Shown here one piece after another: positions 1 through 10,410 of a DNA stretch of 20,000 bases (positions are counted from its first letter, which is position 1; each line of letters opens with the position of its first letter). The notes under the pieces are model-generated. The model was not told where the DNA came from and did no database searches. It saw only the letters and a program-made list of their open reading frames with translations. The translations under genes were made by a program, and so were the position numbers. The stretch comes from Paramecium tetraurelia (Eukaryota): contig CT868285.1 in NCBI GenBank assembly GCA_000165425.1, positions 485,929 to 505,928 of the forward strand. Reading direction: 5' to 3'.

Positions 1-1283
1 AACAAAAAAATAAATTAAAGAATTGTTGCAAAGCTCCCTCTCTCAAGCAGAATTGTGGAAGATTACAGCCAAGGATAGATTAGTCTATTTCTCAACCAAA
101 ACAGAAAATGGAGAATTACCTTTAGATTTGTTAAATAACTAAGATTATGCTTGTGTAGATAAGGGTAAAGGAATATATGAGGAATTGGAGAAGATCTAAA
201 AATAGTTGGATCTCAAACTATAGAATATCAAAATAAAGAAGTTGAGAGTTGATCTCAAAAAGACAGAAATCGATAAGAGTTTTGATAATCTTTTCACTAT
301 TACATTATAATTGAGTAATGTCAATAATACTAGCAATATGACTAAGAGTAGTTAAATCTTAAAAACTATAAATACTTTGACAGATTCAACATTGTTGTAA
401 GACATTAAGAGAAATGAGAGTTTTAGCAAATTATGTGGTTAAGATGTCTTTTCAAGTTTTTGTCAAGATGAACCAATGTTACTTAAAGATATATCCATGG
501 CAGATTGGAGTGAGAGTCTTATGGAGGAAACAACCAATATTACTTAAGTGAAAAGTCCAAATAGAAGTAGTCTAGATTAAGAGGAATTTGTAAAAAATAA
601 AGGTGGATCTGGATTGAAAGAACTCAAAGAAATTTAACCTGTTATTAGTTCTTAGACCATCTAATCAACTACTCCTACCAAACCTGAGAGAATTTAGATT
701 AGAGCTTTGGAGAAACTCAAAGGATCCTTTTAATAGCCAAGTCCTGGCAGAAGAGATTTAGAATAGGTTAATTCCATCAGATAAGGTGTTAGTCCTAATA
801 CTAAAATTGTAGATTGCAAGAAGAAGAAAATGTTTAAGATCAACGAAAAATTTGAAAATGTTTGGCAAGCATTTAAGAGTGATAATCTAGAAATTGCTGA
901 TTTCTCAAGTGCAGGTATTTCAATAGATATGTATTAAATTAGAATTGGGAGATGATGGATTATAGTTTATTGGTGACATTCTGAAAACATCAAAGAGAGT
1001 TAAGCAACTTAAATTAGTAAGGAATAAAATAACTGATGAGGGAGCATGTAAACTGTTAGATTGTCTTGTATACAATACAAATTAAGCCTTTTAAAGTCTA
1101 CATTTATCATCCAATATGATAACTGAAAGGACTCTAGATTATTTCATATCTCTAGTTAGAAATTCCCCCCAAGGTTGTTCGTTGCCCAAATCTTTATACT
1201 TGAACCAAACTCTAATAAATGCAACCAAAGCCAAAAAGAAAATTGAAGATTTAAAGCGTGTTGGATATTTAGTGAATATTTGA
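1..1283 (+). CDS. Leucine-rich repeat (RNI-like) protein, 5'-truncated by the window edge; one intron at 915-942
   Basis: Frame open from base 2 under the ciliate code. After removing the 28-nt intron GTATTT..AATTAG the C-terminus reads ELGDDGLQFIGDILKTSKRVKQLKLVRNKITDEGACKLLDCL..SLHLSSNMITERTL, matching the LxLxxNxIxDxG RI-type LRR pattern. TGA at 1281-1283. Confidence 0.85.
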
Positions 1284-1298
1284 TAATAAAAATTAATA

Positions 1299-1700
1299 AT
1301 GGATAATTAAAAGAAATGCTTGTATGAAAAATTTGGAGGAGACTAATAAGTATCAGAACTTATTGATCAATTCTATTACAAAGTACTCTTCGATAAACTT
1401 CTTCGTGATAAATTTTTGAAGGCAGACATGAGTAGAGTAAGGTATCAATAAAAGCGATTTTTCTCTTAAATGATGGGTGATAAAAATACTTAGTACACTG
1501 GCAGGTATTATCAATAAGTTAATATCAATAGAGATTTAATTGAAGTCCACAAAAATCTGAACATCTCAAATTAATAATTTGATAAATTTAAGACTCACTT
1601 GAAAAATATTGCCCAAGACATGGAAGTGCCAATTTAAGATATTGATGAATTACTTTAACATGTTGAAAATCATAGAGATGTAATTGTATTTTAAAAATGA
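1299..1700 (+). CDS. Group I truncated (2-on-2) hemoglobin, 124 aa; intron at 1505-1531
   Basis: Spliced translation: MDNQKKCLYEKFGGDQQVSELIDQFYYKVLFDKLLRDKFLKADMSRVRYQQKRFFSQMMGDKNTQYTGRDLIEVHKNLNISNQQFDKFKTHLKNIAQDMEVPIQDIDELLQHVENHRDVIVFQK. It has the LYExxGG motif, Phe-Tyr at B9/B10, Phe at CD1, YTGRDL..xH with the proximal His F8, and the I..QFD motif. Confidence 0.93.
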
Positions 1701-1883
1701 TAATCATATGTTTATGTATTTGGTTATTCGTATTTCTAATGTACCTGTATATATCCAGATTTAAGAAAATAATTTAATTTAATGCTTATTTTAAATAGAA
1801 TTGGAATAATAATCCATGCAATAATTATCAATGCTGTCTACACAAATATATAATCATATCCAATAAGTACAATTCTAATACAA

Positions 1884-2693
1884 TCAAGCTTTCTTATTTA
1901 GTTTTGGGAACAAACATCCAAAAGTTTAAGTTGAAGGTTAAAACTTTAATGGCTTTATCAAAAATTATTTATTTTAGTTTACTATATAAGGATTATTAAT
2001 CCTAGTATTAGTACTTAATAATTTGTTATGTTTTTATTGCTGTTTGCGTTTTGGTGAAAACAAACTTATAGGACTTTTGAGCTAAATTGAATTCTTTTGA
2101 TTCTTTAAGGAGGATTGTGTTGCAAAATTTAAAGAATTCAAAGAATTCAAAGAATTGTATGAATAGAGTTCAGATTATGAAAATGACCCAGTTTCTTTTC
2201 TTTTTGATCTTTCTTACCCATCTGTAATCATTTTCAATAATGTATTTTATCTATTGTAAGCTCTTTAAAATCCATGAATACTTAAAGTCAGCCGAGTGTT
2301 ATTTGTATTCTCTTTTGGTATACAGATTTACAAATCCTTAAATGAAGATTTCTTATAAAAAGTATTTGTTCTAGCTAATAATATATATTTATTTTAAATA
2401 CATTCAGAGTTTGTAGTTATAAATCCAGGTGGGGCATATTCTTCTTCTTTTAATATTTCTATTTTCTTGAGTGGAATATTCATTGTTTAGAACTAAAATA
2501 GGCTTTGTTACCCACATTAACCACAATGACAACTTTTTCTTCTAGTAGTTTTTTCCGTGTCTAACTGCTTTATCTAAATAGTATTCTAGCTGTGAATAAA
2601 TTTGTTCAGCCTTGTTTTCTCATTAAGTATTAATAAGTAATTTTCTAAAGGTAATAGTGCATTCAAGTTTGAAGAGTAAAGAGATTAATTCAT
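1884..2693 (-). CDS. Hypothetical protein (~260 aa) with an RRKSCxCxxCG motif; probable intron at 2375-2401
   Basis: ATG at 2693 and TGA at 1884-1886, open under the ciliate code. Contains RRKSCHCGQCG and a Ser/Asn/Lys-rich tail. The 27-nt GTA..TAG segment is a likely intron, but the frame is open with or without it. Confidence 0.75.
2132..2156. repeat. Short 9-bp tandem repeat (AAGAATTCA)x~3 within a CDS
   Basis: aagaattca-aagaattca-aagaatt; encodes NSL-NSL-NSL on the minus strand. Confidence 0.7.
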
Positions 2694-2877
2694 AAAAAAT
2701 CAATTATTAAATATATCAAATCACAATGATGATTATGTGTTAATTTGGCTTACACAATAATAATACCATTTTAATTGTAAACTAATAGTATTTGAAATTT
2801 CACATTTGTCTTAAAATCAATAGCTATTGTAATTCAAACATAATCAGTATACATATACAAAACATTAAATTAAATAA

Positions 2878-4230
2878 ATGAAATTTTAAGAATTCATTTC
2901 CAACAAGTAAATAACAGAACTATAAGAATAGTTAGAATAAGCTCGCAGCAAAATTCTAAAATTAGAAGCCTAATAATAGCATGAAGGACAAGTTGATGAT
3001 ATTTACATTCTAAGAGACAGATTAATTAAAGTACAAAATGAAAACTTTAAACTAAAGAATACTCTAAAATATATTGAATAGAATCAATAATACAACAAAT
3101 TGGATGCCTTCTATGATTATTTCAACATCCCAAATGTATAAAATATGGATATCAAATTGTAAATGATTGTAGATAAATTTATTAATTTAAGACAGGAAAT
3201 TGAATCAAAGAATTAAACCTTGCTTGAATACTCTTAGATTTAAATTTAAAATAAAGAATTATTTACAAAAGTTACAGTGCTCGAATAATAATTAAAATTG
3301 AAAGAAAGTTAGATAGAAAAAACAGAGAAATAAATTATAAAACTATCAAAACTAATAGAATAGCTTTAAGTATAAGCAACAGAATCCTTTTGGGATTTAA
3401 GAATAAAATGTGATAAACTAAAATCATTAATCTCCGATGGATGGGAATGTGATTAAAAAACTACTTAAAATGATGATCATCCCCAAAAGGTAGCAGCCAT
3501 CATATCAGAATAACATGCCCTATTGAGTAAAAGATTTTCATAGCCAATTAGTGATCATCATGCATATTTCAAATTATAGGAGCAAACTCTTTATATTGTC
3601 AAGTAAATTTCGTGTACATCACAACCTATTTAATAAATTAAAAAGTAAATAGAGGCATTGGATGAATTTTGGCTCATGTTTATTTTAGTTAAAAATTATC
3701 CAATTATAATACTAAATGACAACAATATAAATATCAACAACTCAGAATTATTCAAAAAAGTATAATTTATGAAGTAATTACTAAATTCAGAATCCCCAAT
3801 TTATTTCAATTAAGAAGTTGCATATGAGATGAACATAGATTTCTAGAACCTTCGATTTGAAATTGCATAATTTGCTTAATAATCATTTGGCTGGTTCTTT
3901 GAACAATCTAATGATTTGGTTATAGTTAGTGAGTACAATAAAAGAATTAAATTGAGTGGAACCAGTAAAGTCAAATAAGCTAGAGAATGCACACTCTTGC
4001 ATTATATAACAGATTACTATTAAATTACTTAGGATAACAGAGTAATGATATGTATTCAAAGTAATTCTAAAGATGCCCCCAAAGTGTCCAAACAGCAAGT
4101 GAATACCGGAGTAGTTGCTAAGATAAAAAATAAAGACAATTATAATAAAGTTTGTTAAATTATTAATTCTTAAATCACACAGGATACAGCAATTTAGTAT
4201 GATGAAAATTACGTATATGTTTATTTATGA
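2878..4230 (+). CDS. Hypothetical intronless protein, 450 aa, with an N-terminal coiled coil
   Basis: ATG at 2878 to TGA at 4228-4230 with no in-frame TGA over 450 codons. Heptad-like Q/E/K/L-rich N-terminal half (ITELQEQLEQARSKILKLEAQQ..VTVLEQQLKLKESQIEKTEKQIIKLSKLIEQLQ). Confidence 0.85.
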
Positions 4231-4249
4231 GATATGAATAATATTTTCA

Positions 4250-5667
4250 TCACTTCCTTCTTTTCTATCCATATTAAGTAAGGAAAAAGAAGAAGAATAC
4301 AATTAGTATTGCAATAGGTCCAGACCAATACATACTATTGTTAAATCTCATTCCCTTATCCCAATCTAATAATCCCATAGTCATTGCGATTTGGTTCATG
4401 GTGAATGTACAATAAGTAAATGCTATTATACTTCTTAAAGGTGCTGGAATCCTATATAGATATTAAGGAGAATAGATTACCACTAAAATTTATCTCTACT
4501 TCTATAAACATACTTGCAATTCTGATTAATCAAGGCCCACCAAAAGAAGGTTTAATAGTATCCTAGATAGAAACCATGCCATAATGCACTTATTCCGTAA
4601 GTCATGTAATATGCTGTGGTAACATCAAATAGGGTGGAAAATTTATCAAAGAAACAATATTTGAGCCATATTTACACAGTTGTATTCCACTTGGTAGTTT
4701 TATGAATTGCACTCACATCTTTTTCATAAGAATAATCACAAGTGATGAATTTATCAAATTATTCTATATAAAATTTCTATATTTATTACATGTATCTTCA
4801 TTGTAAGTAATACCAGCAGCATCCATTGCAGCCTAAGTGAATTTGAATCCAGCAAAATATCTCATTCTTGCAACTAAGCCAATAATTGCTTACAAAAGAT
4901 TTTTTTCAATAAGATTCAGTTCATTCCATTATGGTGAATCATACCAATCATAATCTACATATGGTCTAATCCATATTTCTCCAGCACAAAATAGTAATGC
5001 CTTGATTAAGTTAGTAATAACTGATTTATATTAATTAAATTTAATATTAGAATATTCTTCTTTCTAATTTAAAAAATTTAAATAATTATGGTATGGTACA
5101 GGTCCAATCATAATGCTAAAAAATGAAAATATGTATGAATAATATGTCCAAAATCCAGTGTCGTAAGCTTTACCATACTATAAATCAACAGCATAGTAAA
5201 TTAATCTACATGTTATCGTCATCTGAATTACTGAGAAATCAATCTTCCAAGACAAGTAATCAAACTAAAGATATTTCTATAACTTACCCATTGTCTGAAC
5301 AGATGGACATATGATAGAGCTACGAAAGCTGTTATAGAAATCGGTATTACAACGTTCTTGGTTGGAATGGTTGATATAAAGTACACCAAGATGGTAGTTA
5401 TATTTATATATACAAACCACTCCCTCCCTAAGAACAAAGTGAAGAAAACTCCCCAAAAAATGTTGTATATTAGTCTTATTCTTTGTTATTTGATCTTACT
5501 AAATATTATGGCGATTGGAATACAAAATAACTATTAATGAAATCGATATTTACAAAATATGAAACAAGTCGAACTTTGTCCTCCGAGATGTTCAAAACTT
5601 TGATGCTGTTCATTATCCATTGGTCAAACTAATCGAATGGCTTCAAAAGGAAATCAAATGATAACAT
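4250..5667 (-). CDS. MBOAT-family lysophospholipid acyltransferase (Ale1/LPCAT3/MBOAT1-2-like), ~438 aa; introns at 5531-5553, 5265-5287, 4764-4789 and 4452-4480
   Basis: The spliced frame is 439 codons. Motifs: YYSYIFSFFSIMIGP, RMRYFAGF, KWNTTVQIWLKY and the catalytic ISALWHGFYLGYY. It has multiple hydrophobic segments and a basic C-terminus (QKRRK). Confidence 0.92.
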
Positions 5668-5726
5668 ATTTTTTAATTAAGAGAATAAAAATATTCTTAA
5701 ACTTTTCTATAGTTATATATTAATTA

Positions 5727-6332
5727 TCATTTATATGGTTATAAATTCTTAAATCCTGAAGCCAAACCTATCACTCCACAAGCCAATCTAGCACCACTAT
5801 TTCCAGTTGTTTTTGAATCTTTTTAATTTCCTCGTCCTAAATCATCTTATCCTGCATGCACAACCACGGATCTTCCCAAAATACTTAATGATAAAAATAC
5901 TCTTTACCTGTACTCTCCATATAATTAAATCTAGTTATCCTCGTAGGCCAAATATCCATTTCCTCTTTCATCTGTTTTGATATTTCCCAAATCTCCCACA
6001 TGTCTTTTTTCATCCAATGGACCTCCATGCTCTTATTCAAAAGGATTGAAATGAGGCCCTGCTGTTGCACATCCATTACTTAAATCTCCAAATTCATGAA
6101 TATGAACTCCATGAAGACTATTGGGCTTCAATCCTCTTACTACTGCAGCAATCTTTGTTTTTGCATTGATATGTTCCTAGGAGAAAGAAACAACACCATT
6201 CACACCAGAATTTGAATCTGGAAATAGGATGCACAAAGCATGTCTTGATGCATTAAAGTTTTCTGTTAAGGAATTAACCTTGCCTTGACTAATTAAAAGA
6301 AAACCAGAAATAATTCCAAAGGATTTTAACAT
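5727..6332 (-). CDS. SOD1: Cu/Zn superoxide dismutase, 193 aa, with an ~28-aa N-terminal extension; intron at 5884-5907
   Basis: Motifs [61 protein letters not shown] and [15 protein letters not shown]. All Cu/Zn ligands, both disulfide Cys residues and the catalytic Arg are present. Confidence 0.97.
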
Positions 6333-6641
6333 TTGTATTAATTTAATTATAATAACACAAAATAAAAATTTATTTTTATCATTACCTCCCTTTTTCAAAT
6401 ACTAACAAATCGATATTTTTGGATTAGATAGTCAAATATTGTAAATATGCAATTTGAGTATTTATTATAAATTGTGATAATTAGAATATCTTTGATATTT
6501 CTAATTTTGAATTCTAACTATAATGTAATCCTTAAAGTTATTTATGTTTAATGAAAACACTTAATTAGAATTGAATAAACCTCACATACATTGCTAAGAA
6601 AGTACTACTATAAATTCTATCTACATTATTATAATATATAG

Positions 6642-9600
6642 TCATTTTAATTATTCTTCTTCCTTTAGTCTAAAGTATTGAACTACATTGGTCAAATTGA
6701 ATAGGTTCTTTAACTGTTTTTATTGTTAAGCCTATTTAATGACTTACAAAAATGTCATTCCAGTGGCTTTCTTGTTTTATGAAACCTTATTATTTAATTC
6801 AATCAATTACCACTGTAATTTAAGGTGGAACTACAATAACTTTTAATTATTCCTCAAGGAACTTCTCTTCTTGTTAGGGTGTCAGTTTTTCTACTTCCTC
6901 TTCCTCATCAGGGTTTGGTTATTTTATAACTTATCCGTATTATTTCTACATGCACTTATCGAAATCCGAAAGATCTTCTGAATCTTTAAAAAATGTCTTG
7001 ATGCCCTCTCCTAATCTCACATAGATTAGGTAGATGAGAGCATCTAATTTCTTGAATAAGGGTTGTTGTCTTCTATCATCAATACTTAATGAATCTTATG
7101 TTCTGATTAAAGATAGCTTCTCAGCACATCTGGCCAGTGCCTCTAAAAATTCATAGAATTCCATCTGAATATGTTTAAGCAAGTACAGTTCATCCACTGA
7201 AGTTTACATGGATAATAAGAATACTAAATATGCATCGCGTTCAACAAAGATATCACAATATAAATCACATTTATTAATCAAATCTCTAAAGTCTTTAAAT
7301 TGAAGCCATAAATGTTTGTAATATTTTTATTTAGGATTTAATTTAGATGTATATTTGAATAACATCTTTAACATAGGTAATCTATCCTCTAAATATATTG
7401 AATAATAAAATTACTTAAAACAGTATCACATTATTCATTCCAATACCGCATATCTCTCCAATCCTAGCTTCGATCTATCTCTAGCAATTTTAATCTGACT
7501 CCATCTTCATCAAATAGTTTTCTCAAACACTCTTTGACTGATTTACATATTTATGTTCTTAAATATTTATCCACAGCAATTCTAAGCAATAACTCCATCA
7601 ATTAAAATCTAACTAATGCTTTCTCATTTACATTTGGATAATTGGTATCTTTTACATTCGAAGTGGAAATGAAATTCAAATCGACATCCCCAGTTCTGTA
7701 TTTATCTGATATTACACTAGTCGAATTAATCAAATCAAAAAATGCATTTGATGAAATGCAAGGAATTGTAGCTCCAATAAGTGTGGATGCATAGAACTTA
7801 TAAGATGCAAAAATGTATGGATAATATTCTCTCATTATTTCTTTCACTTCGTTATACTCTAAAGGATCCTTAATAATTTTGTTGATTTTTGAACTTCCAT
7901 AATCATATTCAAAGCATTCATCTATAACTTCTTCATTATCTGGTTGATAATTTTTGAATATTGAAAGTTCATAACTCCAAAATTATTTTTCTCTTTTTGT
8001 CAGAAATTTTGTTAAATCGAAAGTCTTTTCCTCTTCTCTTGGTTTACTAAAGATTTTTGCGAAATATCTATCCATTATTGATTACTTATCTTCGGTGTAC
8101 ATTTCATTTACAAAACCCATTCGGTTACCTTCAATTAAAATGTTTCCATTATATAAAAATGATTATTTAGTTTGATATAATGGATCATCTGAGGGAGTTT
8201 AAGTGATCATTTAATTTTTGGCTGTTGTTTGAATTCCTAAGACAGGATTACTATAGAAATAGGTAACCTTATAATTTGGAGGACACATTCGATAAGCAGA
8301 ATATTCTCCATTATGCAATGTCATTAGAATAGGTTTGTAACTCTCAAAGTTTAGATGTACAAAAATAGGATCATTGTTCATTCCTCCTGACTTTCCAGGA
8401 GTCCAAGTAAATTTCACTTCTTACCAACCATCACATATCCAACAAGAATCTAATTCGCTATCCTTTTCGTAGTTTTACTTGATTGGTTTCATACCTTAAA
8501 TTCTTCTAAATTTGAAGTTTCTGTGCAATTCAGCATCACTCTTTAAATTGCTTAACTTTTATTGATTGTAATTATTATTGTTTCTAGGTTCTTCTATTTC
8601 TAAAGATTAAAGTTCATTATCGTCAACTAATTTTAGGGTAGTCTAAGGATTCTTTTTACATTCTTCTATTTTTCGTTGAATATCAATTTCTTCTTGAATT
8701 CTGTCTCTTAAATGACCTGTAGAATCAACCGAATATTTTGGACAATTTCCCTGATAATGAAATCCATAAATATTCTAATTTTGATCTAATGCTTTTTTGA
8801 TTTCAATTGATTATTCTTCATTAAAATTATTATAAGAAATATCAATGTGCATAAGTTCTGGGTACTATTTAATAATTACTTTAGCCATCCATTAAGCACA
8901 TTCTAATGAAGCTGTTCTATTATAAGAAATATCAAAAACTTTCACACTAGAGTTCTTATATAATGCTTTCCAAATATTGATTCCTCCCACACTATTTATT
9001 GAGTTAAAATGCAGATATAATTCAAATAACACCTAAGATTTCTTTAGATAATTCGAAAGTTCAACCGTACAGTGTTCTGTAAGATTATTCTTTGATAAAT
9101 TTAAATAGAGCAAATAATCATGATCCTATATTGCTAAACATAATGCATTGCTACCCAAATCACCTATTCTATTATTTTCAAGATTCACCTTCTTTATTGC
9201 TGACTTTTAAATATATTTTGATAACAATTGACAAGCCTTAGAATCCAATCCATTGTTCATCAAATCTAATTCTTATAGATGTTAAGGAAAAGACTTTGTT
9301 AGTTATTGAATCCTAAATTACATCACATCAAATACTTCAATGAATTAAGTTTATTATGACTCAATTTTAAATGAGTCAAAGTTTTACATTGTGATGTCTT
9401 TAATGCTTCAGAAAAAACCTTCACTTATTAATTGGTTCTAATTTACCCAGATGCATTTGCAATTTGGATATGGTTGCACTATTGAACTAACCCTAAACCG
9501 CTTTAAAAAATAGATTATTGATGCGAAGTCTTATTTAGTTGCATGTATAAATTTGGTGGTTGTTTGTAGAATTGTGCAAAATCTTCCAGCTTATTTTATG

Positions 9601-10410
9601 ACTTTATGACTTTTCTATAATCCTCCTAACAAACCTTGTTCAAATTTTTGCTATTTTCATAGATTACATCATTACTTTGCCAATCTGAACTTTTTTAGAT
9701 ATCTTCCTCTATCCGTATTTGGTTCTTAAAAAATGTCACCCTTGTATTCCAGTTGTTGCAAATATAATTATCGTTGTTAATCATATTTGTTATTATTGGT
9801 ATTACGAGATGGATTCGATTTATGATGATGATGTTAATGCTTTTTTATCATATTCATTCTTTGAGGACTATAATCTTAATAAGAGAATTATTTCATTGAA
9901 TTTGCATGCGCGTCTTCATTAAATCTCTCTATTTCTTGAACATCATTTTCCATAAGGTCATCGAATAATTCTGGCTTATAATTATCTAGCAATTCTCTAA
10001 TCATCTTTTCTTCCTCCTACTCATTCAGATGGTCGAGGATGCTTTTTTGAGGAGGCGAAGGAGTCACCAAACTATTTATAAACTCAAATGTAAAACTGTT
10101 GTCTAACAGGAATCTCTGTCACTCTAGTCAGATGGCCTTCTCTTTCCGCACTGAATGGCATTCTTATCTTTTCAATATCCAAACTACATTAAATCTTTGG
10201 AGACACTGATATTCTATTATTACAATTAAAGACTGCTCGTTAAGGTTAACAAGTTGATACTAAAATTATTAACAAATTATCAATACTAGTTCTTTTAATT
10301 TTTTCTCTAATTGGACTATTTCTTCTGAGCTCCTCTTCCTTTTTATACTGAATTATTCTCTCAATCAACTTTTCTTTCGTGTTATAGATCCTAAGTTTCT
10401 AAAAAAACAT
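6642..10410 (-). CDS. Large LRR protein (~1205 aa) with an extended C-terminal module; introns at 10260-10286 (optional, 3n), 10072-10096, 9651-9675, 9313-9335, 7389-7414 and 6786-6810
   Basis: Removing the six introns gives 1206 codons. About 7 RI-type LRRs (LKLSHNKL, LDLMNNGL, VNLENNRIGDLG, LNLSKNNL, LYLHFNSI, FDISYN, IDISYNNF) are followed by CWICDGW, RMCPP, CFEYD, WRDMRYWNEQCD and MEFYEFLEALARCAEK motifs. Confidence 0.88.

Noticed and set aside
3883..4098. ORF-track minus-strand 71-aa ORF
   Set aside because: Antisense to the 450-codon + strand gene at 2878-4230 and has no recognisable motifs.
5123..5314. ORF-track + strand 63-aa ORF
   Set aside because: Antisense shadow of the MBOAT gene.
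5885..6076. ORF-track 63-aa minus-strand ORF
   Set aside because: Out-of-frame reading within the SOD gene.
6333..6398. Further N-terminal extension of SOD suggested by the ORF track
   Set aside because: It starts at a non-ATG codon in AT-rich upstream DNA; the first ATG is at 6332.
9719..9922. ORF-track + strand 67-aa ORF
   Set aside because: Antisense to the large LRR gene.
10081..10135. Apparent TGA stops in all frames near the 5' end of the large LRR gene, suggesting a pseudogene
   Set aside because: Resolved by a 25-nt GTT..TAG intron at 10072-10096, which restores the frame.
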